A DNA stretch of 64,000 bases from an uncultured Bacteroidales bacterium (GTDB lineage: Bacteria > Bacteroidota > Bacteroidia > Bacteroidales > FEN-979), in contig CAIRDP010000062.1 of NCBI GenBank assembly GCA_903877385.1, forward strand, positions 37,640 through 101,639. Reading direction: 5' to 3'. Made by a program: the position numbers and the translations under genes. The notes beneath the pieces are model-generated. The model was not told the origin of the DNA. It saw only the letters and a program-made list of their open reading frames with translations, and ran no database searches. Below, piece after piece: positions 49,476 through 58,019 of this stretch. The first letter of the stretch is position 1. Each line of letters begins with the position of its first letter.

Positions 49476-50840
49476 TTGAAAGATCTGAGCAGCGGCAACG
49501 AAGGTAAACTTATATTGAAATTTGCGATCCCCATGTTGCTTGGCAATATATTCCAGCAATTTTACAGCCTTATCGACAGCATCATCGTAGGGAAGTTCAT
49601 CGGCAAAGGGGCGCTGGCGGCAGTAGGCACATCCATGCCTATCAGCTTCCTGCTGATCTCGCTGTTCATCGGCATCACCATGGGGTTCACCATCATCGTT
49701 TCACAGTATTTCGGGGCAAAAGACATGGGGAGGGTGAAAAAAGCCATCAACACTCTCTACATCTTCATTTTCTTTACGTCCATCGTGATGAGCGTGATAG
49801 GGATACTGATCTCGGGCTGGATCTTCCGCATCATAGGCATGGATCCCGCCATCATCCCACAGGCAAAACTCTTTCTCGACATATTCATGGCCGGCCTTCT
49901 GTTCCTGTTCGGGTATAACGGCACCAGTGCCATCCTTCGCGGGCTGGGCGATTCCAAAACACCCCTGTACTTCCTCATCGGTTCGGTAGCCCTCAACATC
50001 ATACTTGACATTATATTCGTTCCCATCCTCGGCTGGGGTGTATGGAGCGTGGCTGTGGCAACGGTGATCTCAGAAGGCGCCGCTTTCATCTCGCAGATCA
50101 TCTATCTGAACCGTTACCATAAAGTGATCAATTTTTCGTTTGCCGACCTGAAATTCGACAGGGAGATCTTTAACAAAGGCATCAGGATAGGGTTGCCCAC
50201 CGGGCTGCAGCAGACCTTTGTGGCAGCGGGCATGGTCACTTTGTACGGAATAGTGAACAAGTTCGGGCTTGATGCCAATGCCGCGTACAGTGTAGCGGGG
50301 CGGATAGATAATTTCGCAGCCATGCCCGCCATGAGCTTTTCTATGGCCCTGAGTACTTTCGTTGGGCAAAACCTTGGCGCCAACAAGCCCGAGAGGGTGA
50401 TTGCCGGGCTGAGGTCAACCCTGGCCATGACCGCGGTGATCTCGGTCGCGGTATCATTTGTAACGGTGATCTTCGGGAAGTACCTGATGCATATGTTCAC
50501 CAATGACCCGGTAGTTATTGAACTGGGCCGGGGCTACCTGGCCGTGATAGGTTCCTTTTACATTCTGTTTTCGACCATGTTCGTTTTGAACGGGGTCATG
50601 CGGGGCGCAGGGGATACCCTGATCCCTATGTTTGTCTCCCTTATCGCCCTGTGGGTTATCAGGATCCCGATCGCCACCCTTCTGTCAACTCATTTTGGCC
50701 TGGGGATCTACGGCGTTTACTGGTCCATGCCCATCGGCTGGTTTGTAGGGGCCTCCCTTTCATTCGCTTATTTTCTTACCGGCCGCTGGAAAAGGAAAGC
50801 GGTGGTGAAATATTCGAAGGAGGGGAAGAGAGTTGAGTAG
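49476..50840 (+). CDS. MATE family efflux transporter
   Basis: TTG start KDLSSG..., P.LLGN.FQQ.Y..ID, LRGLGDSKTPL, GQNLGA; the longer ORF-track start overlaps rnpB. Confidence 0.93.
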   Translation: MKDLSSGNEGKLILKFAIPMLLGNIFQQFYSLIDSIIVGKFIGKGALAAVGTSMPISFLLISLFIGITMGFTIIVSQYFGAKDMGRVKKAINTLYIFIFFTSIVMSVIGILISGWIFRIIGMDPAIIPQAKLFLDIFMAGLLFLFGYNGTSAILRGLGDSKTPLYFLIGSVALNIILDIIFVPILGWGVWSVAVATVISEGAAFISQIIYLNRYHKVINFSFADLKFDREIFNKGIRIGLPTGLQQTFVAAGMVTLYGIVNKFGLDANAAYSVAGRIDNFAAMPAMSFSMALSTFVGQNLGANKPERVIAGLRSTLAMTAVISVAVSFVTVIFGKYLMHMFTNDPVVIELGRGYLAVIGSFYILFSTMFVLNGVMRGAGDTLIPMFVSLIALWVIRIPIATLLSTHFGLGIYGVYWSMPIGWFVGASLSFAYFLTGRWKRKAVVKYSKEGKRVE

Positions 50841-50854
50841 CGAAATAGCGAAAT
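50839..50854 (+). repeat. AGCGAAAT x2 overlapping the MATE stop codon
   Basis: Same 8-mer as at 1751-1782. Confidence 0.65.
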
Positions 50855-50861
50855 AAAGGGC

Positions 50862-52163
50862 TTATGAAACAAGACCGTCGAGCAAGGTTGCAAGCTTCCC
50901 GGTGAGTTCCTTCCTTGAATATTGTTCAATGCATTTGGACTTCGTGCTCACTGATCCGCATACAAAATCATTATAAAGACTGCGGATGTGATCCTTCATT
51001 ACCGAAACATCCCCGAAACCGGCAAGGAGGCCGGCCTGGGTCTCTGCCAGTATGGCTGCGGCATCCCCGTTCGGGGGCCCGAGGCAGAGGATGGGACGGC
51101 GGGCGGCAAGGTATTCAAAGAATTTCCCCGTCAAAATCATTTTCGCATTGGGGGTATTGTTGATGATCAGAAGCAGGACAGCCGATTGCTGCTGGCATTT
51201 CACCACCTCGTCGTGCGGGAGGTAATCGATTTTGTTCACGAAGGATTTCAGCCCGTAATGCGCTATGGATTCCATCACCTTGTAATCAACCTTGCCCACC
51301 AGTTTGATCTCGAGATCCCTGGCAAAAGCGGGGTCCGAGGCAAGCATCTCCTGCAGGGCGATCCAGAGGGTTTCGGGATTCCTTGTACTCACCAGGGTCC
51401 CGATATGCGCTATGGAGAATTTCTTATCGATTTCGGGCGGATGGCTTTGGGCGGTATCATCCGGGTCGTAACCGTTTGTGATCACCTCGTACCGGCGTTC
51501 ATGCAGAATGCGGCAGTCTTCGGCCATGCTGCGGCTGATCACGGTAACTGCATCGGCCCTGCTTAAAACCTGCTTCTCCAGTTTTTTATGCCTGGCATCG
51601 GCCCGGGCCGAAAGCCTGAGATCCTTATAAAAATCTATATTGGTCCAGGGATCCCTGAAATCGGCAAGCCATGGCAGCTTAATTTTTTTTGCCAGGGCCA
51701 TGGCGATCAGGTGCATGCTGTGGGGAGGACCTGTGGAAATCACTGCTTTTACAGGGTTCGTTTCAAGGTAGTTGAGAAGGAATTTCACCGAGGGCCTGAT
51801 CCAGAATTTACGTGCATCGGGGATGAAAAAATTACCCCTGACCCATACCGAGAAATTTTCGAGCATGGAATTCTTTTTCTTCTCCGAAAGAAAAGCCGCA
51901 TTGATCTTGTCCTCCTTTTTCTGGCCCAGGAGTTTTTTATAGGTATCGTAAGGTTCCCATATAGGCTGTTTGATGACTTCGAGCCCCGGGGGAATGTCTT
52001 TTGCCAGGGAAAGGTCGGTCTCGGGGAATTCGGGATTTTCGGGGGTATACACCACGGGCTCCCATCCGAAGCTGCGGAGGTATTTCACAAACTTAAGCCA
52101 GCGCTGAACACCGGCTCCCCCGCTGGGAGGCCAGTAATAACTTATAATAAGTACGCGTTTCAT
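50862..52163 (-). CDS. Glycosyltransferase family 4
   Basis: YYWPPSGGAGVQRW, TGPPHS, DFRDPW, GKFFEYL. Confidence 0.9.
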   Translation of the reverse strand: MKRVLIISYYWPPSGGAGVQRWLKFVKYLRSFGWEPVVYTPENPEFPETDLSLAKDIPPGLEVIKQPIWEPYDTYKKLLGQKKEDKINAAFLSEKKKNSMLENFSVWVRGNFFIPDARKFWIRPSVKFLLNYLETNPVKAVISTGPPHSMHLIAMALAKKIKLPWLADFRDPWTNIDFYKDLRLSARADARHKKLEKQVLSRADAVTVISRSMAEDCRILHERRYEVITNGYDPDDTAQSHPPEIDKKFSIAHIGTLVSTRNPETLWIALQEMLASDPAFARDLEIKLVGKVDYKVMESIAHYGLKSFVNKIDYLPHDEVVKCQQQSAVLLLIINNTPNAKMILTGKFFEYLAARRPILCLGPPNGDAAAILAETQAGLLAGFGDVSVMKDHIRSLYNDFVCGSVSTKSKCIEQYSRKELTGKLATLLDGLVS

Positions 52164-54595
52164 GCCTTTTTGGCAAACATCTCCTTTGCTCCGTATGCAA
52201 TCCCGGCAACAACAAGCAGTATCAGCACTATGGAAGAGACCAGGCTCACTTTCTCGCCAAGGTAATACGCCCTGGGTTCGAATCTGAATTCCACCTTATG
52301 TTCTCCGGCGGGCAGAATCATAGCCCTCAAAACATAATTGGCGCGGAAATGAGGGGTAAGGGTGCCGTCAACATAGGCGTTCCATCCCTTGGGATAGTAT
52401 ATCTCGGAAAACACTGCAAGACCCGGGTTTCTGGCTTTGTAATTATATTTCAGGTCGTTGGGCTGGTAATCGGTAAGCCTGATATAATCGAGGGTGTCTT
52501 TTGAGGGGGTCCAGGATTTAAGGTTCTCGCCGAACTTTTTGTCAACAATAGCCAGATCCGAAGGATTGAAGCCGTTAAGGGCCGCCAGTTCCTGGTCGGC
52601 ATTATCCACCAGCTTGTATTCGTTCACAAACCAGGCGTTGCCAAGGGCCTGGGGATTCTGCTGGGCCATGGGCTGCTTGTTCTGGTCGGGGACGATCACG
52701 TAACGGGTGTTCAGCATGTTGATCACGGCCATATTGTTTTTCTCGATATGGGTCTCAAACAGTTCCTGGTAACGGCGCAGCTTGGCACCGTGATATCCTC
52801 CCAGTGACTTATGGAAGTATGAAGTGCTGGCATCCATCAACGGGCTTACCGTAACATTGAGCACCCTGAAGTCGGGATCCTTGTCATTAAGTATCATCTG
52901 ATCGGCAGTCGAGGGGTCGAACGGGGTGTCGACCCTTGATTTGGATGTAAAGCTCTCATCATTGAGGTACCTTTTGTCGACGGTGAACATATCGCCCAGG
53001 ATAAACACTATGAGGCCGATATAGGCATATTCTTTTTTGATTTTCTTGTTGATGACGAGCCAGAGCGTACCTGCCGTGAGGGTTATATACATGAAGGACC
53101 TGAATGCATCGGCCCTGCAAACGGCCTTGCGGTCGTCGCGTATGGCCTGCATCAGCCAGTCGGGGAATGATTTGGCATAAGAAGCATCATTGGGAGAGGT
53201 GAAATTCAGGAACATATCGGGGACCACGGCAAAAATCAGGGTGAGTCCGCCGGCTATGCCGAAAGCATAATAAAGAGCCTTGTTGAGTTTGCCGGTTGTT
53301 GACATTTCGTCAAACACCACTTTTATGGCCAGGAACCCCAGAAGGGGCATGGTGAGTTCAGCTATGATGAGCGTCATGGTGACCGCCCTGAATTTGTTGT
53401 AACCCGGGAAGTAATTAAGGAAAAGATCGGTGAACCACATGAAGTTATGCCCCCATGAAAGCATCAGCGAAATCAGGGTTGCCGCAAGCAGCCACCATTT
53501 AAGCGGTCCTTTCACTATGATCAGCCCGAGAAAGAAAAGGAAAATGATGATGGATCCTATATAAACAGGGGATGTCCAGGGCTGGTTCCCCCAATACATC
53601 AGGCCCGACTGCCCGGCGAACTGTCTGATATTATCTTCAGGGACATTGTTGGTGCGAAGGGCTTTGGCAACATTGGAGTTCTGTCCCGGGGCTTCGTTGG
53701 AGGAGCCACCGTAGAAATCGGGAATAAGCAGGGTCATTGTTTCGCCCACACCGTAACTCCACTGGGTTGCATAGCTTTTATCCAACCCCGAGGTACGGTT
53801 CTCTTTCTGGGATGTGAGATCCGATTTCCCCCTGATGGTATAATTGCCGTATTCGTAAGTAGTCCAGAGCAGAGAAAGGTTTGTGAGGACTGCAAAAGCG
53901 AGGGCAACGACCAGGAGTGAAACCGATTTCAGGTAGGGAACGAAGGATTTGTTCCTGAAAGCATACACCAGCTCCACCAGCCCGAGAATGAGGGCTGTGA
54001 GGGCCAGGTAATAAGTGATCTGCAGGTGGTTCTGTTTGACTTCAAGGGAAAGGAAAACGGCCGTAAGTATGAACCCCCACAGGTATTTCTTTCTCAGGGT
54101 CAGAATCATCCCTGCAAGCACAGGTGCTATATACCCTATGGCATGTGCCTGGGAATTATGCCCCGCCTCAATGATGATGAAAAAGTAGGATGAAAAGGCA
54201 TAAGCTATGGAGCCTGCCACCGCAAGCCAGGGATTGAGGTCAAGAACCAGCAGCAGTATGAAAAACCCTATAAAATAAAGGAATACGATATTCGCCGGAT
54301 GAGGGAGCCCGAGAGTAAGAACATTGTCGACAAAACCAAGCAGGTTCCCGGCATATTTCGTTGAGATCTGGTAAGCGGGCATGCCCCCGAACATGGAATT
54401 GGTCCACAAGGGTTCCTGGCCTGTTTTAGCCCTGTAGTCGATAATTTCCTTTGCAGCGCCTTTCCAGTGAACGATATCACTCTGGAGGATCTGTTTGCCT
54501 TCGATAAGAGGGGCAAGGAAGGCCATGGTGATGGCCAGGAAAATAATAATGGCGACCAGGTACGGCCATGCTGACTTAAAGTTCAGGTTTTTCAT
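52160..54595 (-). CDS. YfhO-family polytopic membrane protein (GT-C-like)
   Basis: WTNSMFGGMPAY, HLQITYY, WSYG..E, GGYHGAKLRRYQ, FSEIYYP.GW. Confidence 0.88.
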   Translation of the reverse strand: MKNLNFKSAWPYLVAIIIFLAITMAFLAPLIEGKQILQSDIVHWKGAAKEIIDYRAKTGQEPLWTNSMFGGMPAYQISTKYAGNLLGFVDNVLTLGLPHPANIVFLYFIGFFILLLVLDLNPWLAVAGSIAYAFSSYFFIIIEAGHNSQAHAIGYIAPVLAGMILTLRKKYLWGFILTAVFLSLEVKQNHLQITYYLALTALILGLVELVYAFRNKSFVPYLKSVSLLVVALAFAVLTNLSLLWTTYEYGNYTIRGKSDLTSQKENRTSGLDKSYATQWSYGVGETMTLLIPDFYGGSSNEAPGQNSNVAKALRTNNVPEDNIRQFAGQSGLMYWGNQPWTSPVYIGSIIIFLFFLGLIIVKGPLKWWLLAATLISLMLSWGHNFMWFTDLFLNYFPGYNKFRAVTMTLIIAELTMPLLGFLAIKVVFDEMSTTGKLNKALYYAFGIAGGLTLIFAVVPDMFLNFTSPNDASYAKSFPDWLMQAIRDDRKAVCRADAFRSFMYITLTAGTLWLVINKKIKKEYAYIGLIVFILGDMFTVDKRYLNDESFTSKSRVDTPFDPSTADQMILNDKDPDFRVLNVTVSPLMDASTSYFHKSLGGYHGAKLRRYQELFETHIEKNNMAVINMLNTRYVIVPDQNKQPMAQQNPQALGNAWFVNEYKLVDNADQELAALNGFNPSDLAIVDKKFGENLKSWTPSKDTLDYIRLTDYQPNDLKYNYKARNPGLAVFSEIYYPKGWNAYVDGTLTPHFRANYVLRAMILPAGEHKVEFRFEPRAYYLGEKVSLVSSIVLILLVVAGIAYGAKEMFAKKA

Positions 54596-54632
54596 GCGAT
54601 TGTTCTTTAACGGATTGAATGCTAAAAATAAA

Positions 54633-54664
54633 AAAAAGAAGATAATGGGAATTATCTTCTTTTT
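54633..54664 (-). terminator. Intrinsic terminator after rpmH
   Basis: AAAAAGAAGATAAT-GGGA-ATTATCTTCTTTTT with a T-run on the minus strand. Confidence 0.7.
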
Positions 54665-54708
54665 ATAACGTCAGAACCGGGTTAGCGGTATTTTCAAAAC
54701 CGGGAAAA

Positions 54709-54870
54709 TTATTTCTTGTCGGTTTGTTCGTCAGATACGGTCAGTTTTTTTCTGCCTGTTGCCCTTCTGTTAGCAAGAACCCTGCGTCCGTTTGCTGTAG
54801 ACATTCTTTCACGGAAACCATGTTTGTTCTTTCTTTTCCTGTTCGAAGGGTGAAATGTTGGAGCTGCCAT
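54709..54870 (-). CDS. rpmH: 50S ribosomal protein L34 (53 aa, below the ORF-track cut-off)
   Basis: [53 protein letters not shown]. Confidence 0.95.
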   Translation of the reverse strand: MAAPTFHPSNRKRKNKHGFRERMSTANGRRVLANRRATGRKKLTVSDEQTDKK

Positions 54871-54926
54871 TGTGTTCTTATTTTAGGGCTGCAAAATTAC
54901 GATATTATTTTAAATCCCCAAGGAAA

Positions 54927-56387
54927 TTATTTCAAAGGGATGTTTTTTAATGTTTCAACCAGGTAATCCCAGAATTTTTTCACCGAAGCAATCTCTGTTT
55001 TTTCATCAGGGGAATGTGGTGAAACTATGGTCGGGCCAACCGATATCATATCCCAGTTGGGATAGGTGCCTCCGAGGATACCGCACTCAAGTCCAGCATG
55101 GATTGCCTTGATGAGGGGTTCTTTCCCGAACATTTTCTTGTACAGCTCAAGCATCAGCCTGAGGATCTCTGAATCGGGATTTGGTTTCCAGCCCGGATAT
55201 TGTCCGTCGAAAGTGATTTCGGCCCCGGCCATGGTAAACACTGCATCCACCATGTTTTCAAGGTCGTTTTTCGCGGTGTCGACCGAACTGCGCAGCAGGG
55301 TTTGTCCAAGTATCACGTTGTTTTCGGTTTTAAGCACCCCTATATTGATGGACGTTTCAACAAGCCCTGGCATTTCGTTGCTCATGCGGATCACTCCGTT
55401 AGGGCAGGCGTAAAGGGCGCTGATGATATTTCCCTGGCTTACTTCGTCGATCAGGGATACAGGTTTTTCGGCGGGGGTAAGAATTATTTTCATGGTAGGC
55501 TCCACAGCCGACAGTTCTTTCCTGATGATCTTTTCGAGATCTGCAACAACGGCAGCGAATGCAGCTTTATGTTCAACCGGTATCACGATCCAGGCGGCGG
55601 CTTCCCTCGGGATGGCGTTCCTGAGGCTTCCGCCTTCGATTGTTGCCAGCCTCAGCCCGAAATTTTTAATTCCTTCCCAGAGAACGCGGGTAAGGACCTT
55701 TATTGAATTTCCCCTTTCAAGACGGATGTCAACACCGCTGTGGCCGCCTTTCATGCCTGTAACGTTCAGTTTAAAAGCTTCAACAGCCAGGGGAACGTTT
55801 GCCGTTTTGAAACGGAACGTAAAGTTGCCGTTTGTTCCCCCTGCGCAACCGATATATAATTCGCCTTCTTCCTCGGTGTCGAGGTTCAGGAGGATGTCAC
55901 CTTTAAGTGTGCCGGCTTTTACGCCCATAGCGCCTGTCATCCCGGTTTCTTCGTCGGTTGTGATGAAAGCTTCGATGGGGCCGTGTTTCAGGTCTTTCGA
56001 TTCAAGCACCGCCAGGGTTGCTGCCACGCCCATCCCGTTATCGGCTCCCAGGGTAGTGCCTTTGGCTTTTACCCAGCCGTTGTCGATATAGGTTTCAATC
56101 GGGTCTTTTTCAAAATCATGGTTGGTGTCGTTGTTCTTCTGGGGCACCATATCCATATGCCCCTGCAGGACAACGCCTTTGCGGTTTTCCATGCCTGGTG
56201 TAGCGGGTTTGCGGATGATTACATTGCCCACTTCATCTATAATGGTTTCAAGGCCAAGGTTCTTTCCGAACTGGTAAAGAAAATCCCTCACCTTGTCTTC
56301 GTGCTTCGAGGGGCGTGGGATCTGTGTAAGGCTGTAGAAGTTTTTCCACAGCAGAGCGGGTTCGAGGTTTAAAATATCTTTACTCAT
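54927..56387 (-). CDS. pepD: Aminoacyl-histidine dipeptidase (M20C)
   Basis: QIPRPS, LQGHMDMV, TTLGADNG, DEETGM, GGHSG, IHAGLECG, HSPDE. Confidence 0.95.
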   Translation of the reverse strand: MSKDILNLEPALLWKNFYSLTQIPRPSKHEDKVRDFLYQFGKNLGLETIIDEVGNVIIRKPATPGMENRKGVVLQGHMDMVPQKNNDTNHDFEKDPIETYIDNGWVKAKGTTLGADNGMGVAATLAVLESKDLKHGPIEAFITTDEETGMTGAMGVKAGTLKGDILLNLDTEEEGELYIGCAGGTNGNFTFRFKTANVPLAVEAFKLNVTGMKGGHSGVDIRLERGNSIKVLTRVLWEGIKNFGLRLATIEGGSLRNAIPREAAAWIVIPVEHKAAFAAVVADLEKIIRKELSAVEPTMKIILTPAEKPVSLIDEVSQGNIISALYACPNGVIRMSNEMPGLVETSINIGVLKTENNVILGQTLLRSSVDTAKNDLENMVDAVFTMAGAEITFDGQYPGWKPNPDSEILRLMLELYKKMFGKEPLIKAIHAGLECGILGGTYPNWDMISVGPTIVSPHSPDEKTEIASVKKFWDYLVETLKNIPLK

Positions 56388-56459
56388 AATAAAAGGGATT
56401 TTACATTGGTTGATATTGCAAATATAGCGAAATTCATAATCGAAGCCGTCCTATGCCGG

Positions 56460-56795
56460 TTAATTCAGCATATTATATGCCTGCGGATCAAGTTTCACCA
56501 GGGTATCCATCAGAAGTTTATTGAGCGCCGCATCAGGCTTGGTGAATACTTCCCCGAGAAGCTCCCTGAACCTGAGCAATTCCTTCATAAGATTTGGATT
56601 CTTTGGATCACCAACAGTAAGATCGGTCAACTCAAAAGCCCTTTCCCAGGAATGAATAGCGTTGTCATAATCCTGTTTTAATAATGCATTCTGTGCGCGG
56701 TTCAGTTCATTGGCAATCGTTAGCAACTGCTGGTGGCGGGGGTATGAGAACCATTTATCGGTGGTGAGGTTTTTGTGATAGATTAAGGGATACAT
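56460..56795 (-). CDS. Hypothetical all-helical protein, partner of the DUF5674-like gene
   Basis: HKNL...W.....QLL.IANEL.RA...ERAFEL.DLT..D......ELLR.RE; directly downstream of the DUF5674-like gene. Confidence 0.75.
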   Translation of the reverse strand: MYPLIYHKNLTTDKWFSYPRHQQLLTIANELNRAQNALLKQDYDNAIHSWERAFELTDLTVGDPKNPNLMKELLRFRELLGEVFTKPDAALNKLLMDTLVKLDPQAYNMLN

Positions 56796-56811
56796 GCTGT
56801 GGATCAGAGAT

Positions 56812-57150
56812 TTATATAATTAAACGGTTAACGATTGCTTCAATCTGCTGTTTGAGGGAGTTATCCCCGATCTCCATGGAACGGTTGCCCTGAGATGGCC
56901 TGATATTTATGAATGACGTAAATTCCAACCTTTCATTCCGTCCTTTGAAAGGATAAATATTGGCCCCCCAAAGATCCTGCTGGGCCGATCCGTTTTCAAG
57001 TAAAAACTGCTCAAGGTCGGCATGCATATCGGCATCAATTGCAAGAATCCCCTGACCGACATCAACAACGATCTTCATCATTTCGGTAAAATCAATTTCC
57101 CTGGTTTCCCAAAGCCTGGCCAGGTCGGTCGGAACTGTAATAATTCTCAT
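56812..57150 (-). CDS. DUF5674-like protein
   Basis: K.VVDV......D..MHADLE..LL.NGS.Q..LWG.N.YP...F.S.INIRP.QGNRS; family recognised from memory. Confidence 0.75.
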   Translation of the reverse strand: MRIITVPTDLARLWETREIDFTEMMKIVVDVGQGILAIDADMHADLEQFLLENGSAQQDLWGANIYPFKGRNERLEFTSFINIRPSQGNRSMEIGDNSLKQQIEAIVNRLII

Positions 57151-57217
57151 AAAGTGAAAATGTATTGAGTTTTCAAATGTATAAAAGGCAATTTTAACTG
57201 GAGGAAGTTCCTTTAGA

Positions 57218-57547
57218 TTATCCCATGATCTTATCAATAACAGGCAGGAGATTCGGAATATCAACCGCTACTGTTTGATAAACAATATTCAAATCTACAT
57301 CGATGTAATCATGAATTAGTTTATCACGAATTCCTGCCATGTCTTTCCAAGGCACTTCCGGGTGTTTTTCTTTGAAGGTGTCGGAAATCCTTTTTGTTGC
57401 TTCACCCATGATTTCAATCTGCCTGATACAAGCATCCTGAAGCTGCGTATTTTCAAGAAAAGCTTCCCGATTAATATCAGAAGAGTAAGTAATAATCTTA
57501 TTCAGGCTGTTTTCAATGTGTTCCAGGTATATTGAATCGTCTTTCAT
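57218..57547 (-). CDS. HEPN (DUF86/HepT-like) ribonuclease toxin
   Basis: EIMGEA.K, P.VPW..MAG.RDKLIHDY (RX4HXY). Confidence 0.92.
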   Translation of the reverse strand: MKDDSIYLEHIENSLNKIITYSSDINREAFLENTQLQDACIRQIEIMGEATKRISDTFKEKHPEVPWKDMAGIRDKLIHDYIDVDLNIVYQTVAVDIPNLLPVIDKIMG

Positions 57548-57834
57548 GCTTGAAAAATGATTTTCAGATCAGCCTCAATATACTTTCGTAGTTTTTGATT
57601 TTTAATGGCACCGTCGGAAACAAGGTCGACCTTTACCTCCAGTAATTCCGATAATTCACGCTCAATACGAACCAATTGAAATAAGGAAATAGAAGTATTC
57701 AGGTTTATCAGAATATCAAGATCACTGCCAGGCATGTTTTCCTCCCTGGCATAGGATCCAAATATGCCTACTATTAAAGGATTGTATTGTTGCAGGTAAT
57801 CAACAATTATTTTATTTTTTTCAGCACCGAGCAT
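57544..57834 (-). CDS. Minimal nucleotidyltransferase (MntA-like) antitoxin
   Basis: FGSYAREENMPGSDLD (GSX10DXD), VDLVS; 4-nt overlap with the HEPN gene. Confidence 0.92.
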   Translation of the reverse strand: MLGAEKNKIIVDYLQQYNPLIVGIFGSYAREENMPGSDLDILINLNTSISLFQLVRIERELSELLEVKVDLVSDGAIKNQKLRKYIEADLKIIFQA

Positions 57835-57903
57835 TCCTTTAATTCTTTATACAAAAATACAACATTTTGAGCAATTCCTGATTTAGTTGAAAAAACATCG
57901 ACA

Positions 57904-57993
57904 ATGGATCAGACAACAGCTATTGAAATAAGCAAAAAGTATCTGCGGATATTGTTACAGCGCAATTATCACGATAATCAAGTCGTTTTATAA
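57904..57993 (+). pseudogene. Truncated second nucleotidyltransferase-like N-terminus (29 aa)
   Basis: MDQTTAIEISKKYLRILLQRNYHDNQVVL* resembles MNT N-termini and stops where FGS would follow. Confidence 0.45.
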
Positions 57994-58019
57994 TCTTGCT
58001 CTCCAAAAGACCTGCGAAT

